Source: Prasinococcaceae sp. CCMP 1430 (Eukaryota > Plantae > Prasinodermophyta). Taken from it: a stretch of 5,453 bases of DNA. The stretch is taken from positions 1-5,453 of the forward strand of contig RQSC01000051.1 of the NCBI GenBank assembly GCA_013416795.1, written 5' to 3'. The notes under the pieces were generated by a model. It did no database searches. It had not been told where the DNA came from and saw only the letters and a list, made by a program, of their open reading frames with translations. Shown here one piece after another: positions 1 through 5,453 of this stretch; the first letter of the stretch is position 1, and every line of letters starts with the position of its first letter. The position numbers and the translations under genes are program-made.

Positions 1-1
1 G

Positions 2-460
2 CGCGGCGACGGGCTCGGCGAGCAGCGCGGCGCGCGGCGCGATCGCGAGGGTGGCGCCGCGGGCGACCGCGCCGAAGACGTCCGCCTGGTGCGGGTCGAA
101 GGTGAGCGCCGACGCCAGCATGACGACGCTGCCGGGGCGGATGCGCTCGGCGTCCGCGCGAGCCGTGGCATACGCGGCGGCGTGCGACTGCGCGCACAGC
201 ACGCCCTTGGGCGCGCCGGTGGAGCCGCTCGTGAACTGGACGTACAAGGCTTCTTGGCTGCTGTTGGTGTTGGTGCTGAGGATGCTCGGGTCTCGGTGGT
301 GGTGGTGGTGGTGGTGGTCCTCTTCGGGGGTGGTTGGTGGTGTTGTGGGTGGGTGGCATGGTGTCGTCGCCCGGAGAGACAGGTCGGGGACGAAGTCCTC
401 CGCCGCGCGGGCGACGAGCCGCCACCGCGACCGCGCGGCCGCCGCCGCCGCCTCGCGCGC
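2..460 (-). CDS. Internal fragment of an adenylation (AMP-binding, ANL superfamily) domain of an NRPS or NRPS-like protein; partial at both ends
   Basis: Manual minus-strand translation is open from 460 to the window edge: AREAAAAAARSRWRLVARAAEDFVPDLSLRATTPCHPPTTPPTTPEEDHHHHHHHRDPSILSTNTNSSQEALYVQFTSGSTGAPKGVLCAQSHAAAYATARADAERIRPGSVVMLASALTFDPHQADVFGAVARGATLAIAPRAALLAEPVAA. It contains the A3/P-loop motif YxxFTSGSTGxPKGV (244-200) and an A4-type FD motif (100-95) followed by GATL, at the expected spacing. Confidence 0.93.
295..318. repeat. (GGT)8 trinucleotide microsatellite encoding His7 on the minus strand
   Basis: Eight consecutive GGT units are directly visible. In the adenylation-domain frame they read D-HHHHHHH-R (His codons 316-296). 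Confidence 0.9.
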
Positions 461-462
461 GT

Positions 463-463
463 N
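463..463. other. Single N; probable contig-concatenation or scaffold junction
   Basis: The coding strand switches from minus to plus exactly here. Both genes are cut mid-domain with no intergenic space, and the right side is visibly less GC-rich. Confidence 0.85.
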
Positions 464-464
464 T

Positions 465-710
465 TCTGCCGACTTCTCTGATGACGTCCAGAGCATCGCG
501 GCGACGCGCGATGGGCGCAATCTTTACGTGCCTGGCGGCGAGGCGAGCACTGTCGTCGCGCTGGTGCGTTCCATGGACGGCCGAATCAAGTATGCCGGAC
601 AGTTACCAGCGGGAAGTGCTCCCGTCCATGGTGTCGCAGTGCATCCTAATGACCGCATCGTTTATGTGCTCGGATGGAAATCCAATACCGCCGTTGTCTG
701 GTTCACGAGA
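465..710 (+). other. Last two blades of a beta-propeller (lactonase/YVTN-like)
   Basis: Two ~45-aa units with the blade pattern: VQSIAATRDGRNLYVPGGEASTVVALVR and VHGVAVHPNDRIVYVLGWKSNTAVVWFTR. Confidence 0.7.
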
Positions 711-3700
711 AAGGCAGACCGCTACGACCGCCCGGCAGAGCTCTGGACACCACCTCCTCCTGGCCCACCACCGCCGTTACAGCCACCACTGCCACTGCCA
801 CCGCCATCGAGCCCGCCTTCGCCGCCTCCTTTGCCGCCTCCTTCACCGCCCCCGTCTCCGCCGCCGACTCCTCCCCCGAGCCCACCCCTTCCATGGTGGG
901 GTGGCTTCCTGCCAGACCCATCATCACTGCCTGAGGCTGAGGGTGCAGACGCAGGCGGGGGGTCGGCGCAGAGGACTGGCTTAGGAACTGGAATGCTGGA
1001 CGGCGATGATGGCATGACGGCGGTGTCGATCATGCGGTCGAAGTGCGTCGGGGGCACCGACGAGGAGCACGTGCTCCGCTCCTGGTTCAGTGGGCAGGCA
1101 GCATCATGTACCTGTGATGCTGCCTTCATTGCTTCAATTGACAGGGTGGGCGCGCGCAAGAGCTTCGTCGAGGCCGTACAAAAGATCACGGTTGATGACC
1201 CCCGAGCTGATACAGCGCTGATCTACGACTTCTACCTCGAAATGTGCCAGTCTGTGCGCTGCTGTGCCGACAGCCAGCAGACGCTGCTGCCTTCGCAGTG
1301 CGATGTGCACAATATCTGCCCCACGATCGACGATGAGTCCACTGCCGGAGCTGGCCTTCCCCTGGGTCCGATCGCCGGCGGTGCCGTGGGGGGCCTGCTG
1401 TTGGCAGCCGGAGCGGTGCTGTTTGTACGTCGCGGGGGAGCGAAGGTTAGCGTCACTGGCACCGTGCAGGATGCTGGCACAGGGCAACCCCTTGCGGGGG
1501 CGCTCGTGTCCCTTGGCAAAGGCAAGGCCGATACGGTGACAGCCGACGCCGACGGAATCTTCGTCGTCGAGCTACGCGCCGGGGCCGTGAGCGTGCTGCG
1601 CGCATCAATGGAGGGGTTCCGGCCGCTGGTGCAAGCGTGCAGCGCTCCGAAGAAAGGCCAAGTGGCGCCTAGTGGAGGAATCATCCTCGAGCTCGAATTC
1701 ATCGTTTACCCAGTAGGGGGGAGGGTGGTTGACGCTGCCACAGGCAAGCCCATATCTGGCGCCCTCGTCACGGTGACCACCGCCGCTGGTCTCATGGAGT
1801 GTGACACCAACACGGAGGGGGAGTGGAGCTGCGGGAAGCTTCCGCCGTCGGCAGCGGTGCACGCGGTGGTACGCGCCGAGAGGTACAGAGAAGGCACCGC
1901 GTCACTCAAGGAGACTCTCGCTGGCCCGGTCGGGCCAGGCGGCGCACTTGACGTTGAATTGGTGCGCGAGCCCATCCTTCTATCGGGCCGAGTGCGCTCC
2001 TCCGAGTCAGATCGACCTCTCGAGGGCGCTGAGGTCAAGGCTCTAGACGCGGGCAGTGGCGAGTTTCTTGCCACTGCCACGACTGACAAAGACGGCAACT
2101 ACACCGTGGCGGTGGCGCACGGAAAGCACCCAAAGGTCACGCTAGTGGCTAGCGCAACCTCGCACGCCTCAGCTGAAGCTGCAGCGGACGTGGACGACGA
2201 CGATGTCGCGGTCGACGATCTACGCGCTGTGACGCTCAAGTACGATCTGAGCGGGTGCGTTGTTGACTCCAGGGACAGTGAACCGATCGGCGGGTCCGAG
2301 CTCGCGTTCCTTGATGCGGACAGTGAGGAGACACTCGTCACTACTGACACTGAGGGAAAGTATGAGGTGCGCTTGCCTGCTGGCGAGTACACGCGCCGAG
2401 TGGTTTGCCCGGGCTATGACAACGCTTACGCGACCGTCGCCGTCGTTGAGGACGCCGCGAACTGCAACATCGAGCTCGAGATCGAGAAAAACGAAGTGTC
2501 GGGCACCATCACCGAGGTGGACGGCGACGGTCCCTTCGCCGGCGCCACCGTCGAGCTGTTGGATGCTGAAAGTGCAGTTGTCGCCAGCGCGGTCACCAAC
2601 GAGGCCGGCGAGTACTCACTCGCCGCCCCGCCGGCGGCATATACGCGGCGCGTGTCGGCGCCGGACTTTGACACGGTTGAGGATACGGTGCAGTTGCAAA
2701 ACGGCGACGCCATTGTCAATGACGAGCTCAAGCCGACTGTGTACACTGTCGAAGGTTGCCTCAGCGACGCGGAAACAAACTACAGACTGTCGGGCGCCGA
2801 GGTCGTCCTGGTGAACAGCGACGGTGATGTCATGGGGCGAACCTATGCTGACGACGATGGCGAGTACAACTTCAAAGCGCGCGCGGGTGAGTACAAGGCG
2901 CGCGTCACGCTGGATGGGTACTCGGCCGTCGCGGTGCCATTGAGCGTCGGCGTCGAGGCGGACGCCCGCCGCAGGGCTGTGGCGGACGCCGCGGCAGGAC
3001 AGGCCGATGATGCCGACCCTGCCGACAGCGCTGCTGGCGCGGCCGCCGCCGTAGCGAGCATGGTCATGCCCGAGATCGTCTTGCAGACAGCGACGCTCGT
3101 CCTCCGCGGCATGGTCGAGAGCGCCGGCGAACAAGGTGGCTACGTCGAGGACGCCGAGATCACGCTCCTTGACGGGAATGGCACCGAGGTTGCGACCACC
3201 GTCTCGGACGGCTTCGGGAGCTACGGCCTGGAGCTGAACGAGGGCACGTACGCGCTGCGCGCGTCAGCCAGCGGCTACCATCCGAGCGTGGTGCCGCTGG
3301 TTGTCGACGGTGGCGATGTTGATCAGAACTTCAAGCTCGCTGAGATCGCATTCGCTGTGTACGGCACCGTCAAAGATCTCTTGAACAGTACCGAGAACAC
3401 GATCGTGCCCGTTCCTGCCGCATCCATCACCCTCAACCCGGCCGGCGGCGGCAAGAAGCGAGGCGCTGCACTGAAGCCATCGCGCAAGACGGGGATGTCC
3501 GCAGAGGACGGCACCTTCCGCATCGAGGGAGTGCGCCCAGGCTGGTATTTTGCCAAGTTTGACGCTGACCGATACACAACCAACACGACGACCGTCGAGG
3601 TGCCCTTCGAGGACATCGAGCTTGACGCCAGCGTGTCGCTCACTCGCTACGCTGTGTACGGCCGCGTGTCGGACGCTGAGAGCGGCGACGCGCTGCACGA

Positions 3701-4301
3701 TGTGCGCGTGGTGCTATTGGGAGCGACCGGCGACCAGATGGCTGACGCGCGCACCGGCGAGGGCGGTGAGTATGCCTTCGAGGACCTGTTGTGCGCCAAT
3801 TACACCGTGCACGTCGAGGCGACCGGCTTCTTCAAGGCCGTGGACATCCCGGCGCCCATTGTGGATGGTGACATCGAAGGCGTCGACGCAGCGCTCGAGT
3901 GCGTGAAATTCAATGTGAGTGGCCGAGTATTCAGCATTAACGCCGGCACGGGTGGGCTCAGCGGTGCCGTCGTGTGGCTGAAGCGCAATGGGAAGATAAA
4001 GATGCGCACGGTGTGTGGCGAGGATGGCACATACACCTTCGGCGCGCAGAGCGGCGGCCTATACAACATCGTCGCTGCGGCGGAGGGGCACAACAAGATG
4101 CGCATCCCGCTCGAGCTCGATGCCGACGTGGCGCCTGGCAAAGGGCCCGCCGACCTGGTCCTGCCGAGGCCGCTCCCTCCCGACAAGGACATCGGCATGC
4201 AGCTGGTTCGCTGCTACGCCATGGCCAAGTCGATCTTCCAGTACTACTGCAGCGCCGGGAGCGTGGGCGAGAACAACCCGTTCCAGATGACCCTCATTCA
4301 G
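465..4301 (+). CDS. Large exon (5'-partial) of a single-pass membrane protein: beta-propeller blades, Pro-rich stalk, Cys-rich module, TM helix, 10 carboxypeptidase-regulatory-like repeats, start of a TPPP-like region
   Basis: An uninterrupted 3.8-kb frame (part of ORF 51..4805) with a coherent, recognisable domain series from SADFSDDV to NPFQMTLIQ. It ends at the splice donor CAG|GTACTT, after which that frame no longer resembles protein. Confidence 0.9.
750..893 (+). repeat. Proline-rich (SPPP-type) low-complexity stalk
   Basis: 48 aa with 34 Pro: PPPPGPPPPLQPPLPLPPPSSPPSPPPLPPPSPPPSPPPTPPPSPPLP. It resembles the hydroxyproline-rich linkers of algal surface proteins. Confidence 0.9.
1044..1319 (+). 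other. Juxtamembrane 8-cysteine module of unknown family
   Basis: Cys pattern C...CxC...C-x4-CC...C-x5-C over 92 aa (KCVGG, SCTCD, MCQSVRCCAD, QCDVHNICP), immediately before the TM helix. Confidence 0.6.
1362..1427 (+). other. Single transmembrane helix, type I orientation predicted
   Basis: Uncharged LGPIAGGAVGGLLLAAGAVLFV, preceded by acidic DDES and followed by RRGGAK, which fits the positive-inside rule. Confidence 0.8.
1446..4163 (+). repeat. Ten tandem carboxypeptidase-regulatory-like (CarboxypepD_reg/prealbumin-like beta-sandwich) protein repeats
   Basis: Units start at about 1446, 1707, 1977, 2241, 2490, 2742, 3096, 3351, 3648 and 3909 (mostly 83-90 aa). They share the consensus V.G.V.D..tg.Pl.GA.V.L.......TdxxGxY.....G.Y......GY...........L, for example TGTVQDAGTGQPLAGALVSL, GRVVDAATGKPISGALVTV, TTDKDGNYTV and TTDTEGKYEVRLPAGEY. 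Confidence 0.88.
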
Positions 4302-4431
4302 GTACTTAGTGCGCGCGCGTGCGCTGTGGCGCGGGAGCTCGCACCGCGCGCGCTCCAGCCCTTGCGACAAAGTTTCGATGCTGACGCGCGAGGACGTGCG
4401 CTAATGCACTCGCGCGCACAACCTGCGATAG
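4302..4431 (+). other. Spliceosomal GT-AG intron, 130 bp, phase 0
   Basis: Donor CAG|GTACTT, branch-point-like GCTAAT at 4400-4405 (GCTGAC also at 4380-4385), and acceptor GATAG|CTG. Removing it joins FQMTLIQ in frame to LDDFMRSLRL (the frame of ORF 4444..5199). The interior carries GCGCGC runs. Confidence 0.88.
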
Positions 4432-5034
4432 CTGGACGACTTCATGAGGAGTTTGCGGCTGCCCGACGCCCTCTCGGAACCGCAGAACCCGACAGTCAAC
4501 GCCATGTTCGGCGTGGTCAATGGGCCGGTCATGACCTCGCTCAAGATCGATCAGAAGGGGCAGGTTGCCGGCGGCCTCCGCCCCGACCCGAACAAGAAGG
4601 TCGACGACGCCATCACGTTCGACGAGTTCATGGACCTGCTGGTGCGCCTCTCCTGGCTGGTTGGCAAGCGCGGTCACCTCAGCGTGAATGCGTTCCCGCA
4701 CACGCGCCGCGGCGTGGGGTACGCCCTGGCGCTCTTCATGGAGGAGGTGGTTGCCCCGCGCGCGGAGCGGTTGGAGATGGACGAGGCCTTCGAGAGGGCC
4801 TTTAAAAAGTTCAAATACAACGCGAGGGATGCGCGAGACCTCAAGCGCGCGTGGGACTCGCGCAAGACCGGCGGCCGGGCCGTGGGACTCGGTGCCTTCG
4901 TGACCATGTGCAAGGACTGGCGTTGCACGGGCAACAAGGTGTCCATTATGAAGGCGCGCTCAGTCTACGTGCAGTTCGCCGATGATGACCGCGGCAAGCT
5001 GCCCTTCTTCCTCAAGGACGAGACACCCACCAAG
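4432..5034 (+). CDS. Second exon of the membrane-protein gene, encoding tandem p25alpha/TPPP-like (EF-hand-like) helical repeats; 3' boundary uncertain (frame stays open to TGA at 5199)
   Basis: Protein-like sequence with G/C-ending codons from LDDFMRSLRLPD through AITFDEFMDLLVRLSW and AFVTMCKDWRCTGNKVSIMKARSVYVQF to DETPTK. After 5034 the frame becomes Arg/Pro-rich, typical of an off-frame read of GC-rich DNA. Confidence 0.8.
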
Positions 5035-5338
5035 GCGGGCCGGCGCTCCCGCCCGCGGCGCCGGCGCGGACGGCGCCCGTCGCGGTCGCGACGAGAGCCG
5101 GCGCGCAGAACGGGTCGGCGATTCGCGCCGCGAACCACACGATCTCCCCTCTCATCGCGTCGCGCTCCTCGCGTGCCTCGCGCGCGGCGGCCTCGTTGAC
5201 GGCCAGCGCCTGCGTGGCCAGCAACAGCGCCTGGCGTGCGCTCTTCGCCCACGCGGACGCCGAGACGCGCCCTTCGCCGATGGCTCCGCCTCCGCCAATC
5301 ACTCTTCCGCCTCCTCCTCCGCCGTCGTCCATCTTCGG
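5012..5338 (-). CDS. Probable exon of an unidentified minus-strand gene (hypothetical protein)
   Basis: ORF 5012..5332, extended to a splice acceptor at 5339. It has mostly G/C-ending codons and a helical, protein-like segment: AWAKSARQALLLATQALAVNEAAAREAREERDAMRGEIVWFAARIADPF. No family recognised. Confidence 0.45.
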   Translation of the reverse strand, partial: PKMDDGGGGGGRVIGGGGAIGEGRVSASAWAKSARQALLLATQALAVNEAAAREAREERDAMRGEIVWFAARIADPFCAPALVATATGAVRAGAAGGSAGPPWWVSRP

Positions 5339-5427
5339 CTGCGCTCCTCGCGCGCGCGTCGGGAGAAACGGCGGTCGACTCGACTCGGGCGACGCGGCCG
5401 TCCCGCCCCTCGCGCGCGCGCGCTCAC
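5339..5427 (-). other. Putative spliceosomal GT-AG intron, 89 bp, minus strand
   Basis: The minus strand reads ACT|GTGAGCGCGCGCGC...GCGCGCGAGGAGCGCAG|CCG AAG ATG. Donor and acceptor are canonical, it has GC-dinucleotide runs like the 4302 intron, and the exon after it is in frame with the ATG at 5332. Confidence 0.5.
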
Positions 5428-5453
5428 AGTGGCGCCGCCGGCCGCCGGCCGCC

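Noticed and set aside
255-356. Apparent signal peptide/TM segment and poly-Trp (WLLLVLVLRMLGSRWWWWWWW) on the plus strand
   Set aside because: It is the reverse complement of the His/Thr/Asn/Pro-rich insertion in the minus-strand gene.
2-710. Adenylation domain plus beta-propeller as a single AASDH-like (A-T-propeller) protein
   Set aside because: The two are on opposite strands, point away from each other and are separated by the N junction.
1446-4163. Bacterial surface protein, TonB-dependent receptor or active carboxypeptidase
   Set aside because: A spliceosomal intron and algal-type Pro stalk indicate a eukaryote. No beta-barrel, sortase motif or M14 catalytic zinc motif is visible.
51-4805. 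The 1584-aa ORF as one real protein starting at GTG 51 and ending at TAA 4805
   Set aside because: Its N-terminus is the antisense shadow of the adenylation domain and crosses the N. Its last ~167 aa read through an intron and then out of frame over exon 2.
4801-4809. TTTAAAAAG as a programmed ribosomal frameshift site linking the two plus-strand ORFs
   Set aside because: The frame change is fully explained by the 4302-4431 intron, and protein-like sequence in the second frame begins about 370 nt upstream. These bases simply encode F-K-K.
703-4946. Numerous minus-strand and alternative-frame ORFs overlapping the large gene (for example 722..1189, 1232..1702, 2616..3134, 3800..4198)
   Set aside because: These are shadow ORFs expected in GC-rich coding DNA. 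They are Ser/Pro/Ala/Arg-biased with no recognisable motifs.
4444-5199. Independent 251-aa gene starting at ATG 4444
   Set aside because: The ATG lies four codons inside an exon whose domain begins before the intron. The Arg-rich tail after 5034 looks off-frame.
1-5453. CRISPR array, tRNA/rRNA genes or transposon
   Set aside because: I saw no regularly spaced nucleotide direct repeats, structured-RNA signatures, terminal inverted repeats or transposase/RT motifs. The repeats present are protein-level or simple microsatellites.

Overview
High-GC eukaryotic DNA that looks like a microalga or protist, judged from spliceosomal introns with GC-dinucleotide runs and a PPSPPP linker; the exact lineage cannot be determined. 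The window probably joins two unrelated pieces at the single N (463), so the supplied 1584-aa ORF is an artefact at both ends. (1) Bases 1-462 encode, on the minus strand, an internal fragment of an NRPS-type adenylation domain (YVQFTSGSTGAPKGV ... LASALTFDP) that the ORF track does not list. It has a His7/Pro-Thr insertion just before the P-loop. (2) Bases 465 to about 5034 are a 5'-truncated, spliced plus-strand gene with a 130-bp GT-AG intron at 4302-4431. Its product has, in order: beta-propeller blades, a Pro-rich stalk, an 8-Cys module, one TM helix, ten tandem carboxypeptidase-regulatory-like beta-sandwich repeats on the predicted cytoplasmic side, and tandem p25alpha/TPPP-like helical repeats. 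This is the main candidate novel system: a single-pass protein that could tether the cell or flagellar surface to microtubules through a ten-domain spacer. (3) Bases 5012-5453 hold a probable minus-strand spliced gene fragment that collides head-on with gene 2, either as a nested/overlapping gene or as a second misjoin. Domain names come from motif recognition by eye; no searches were run.
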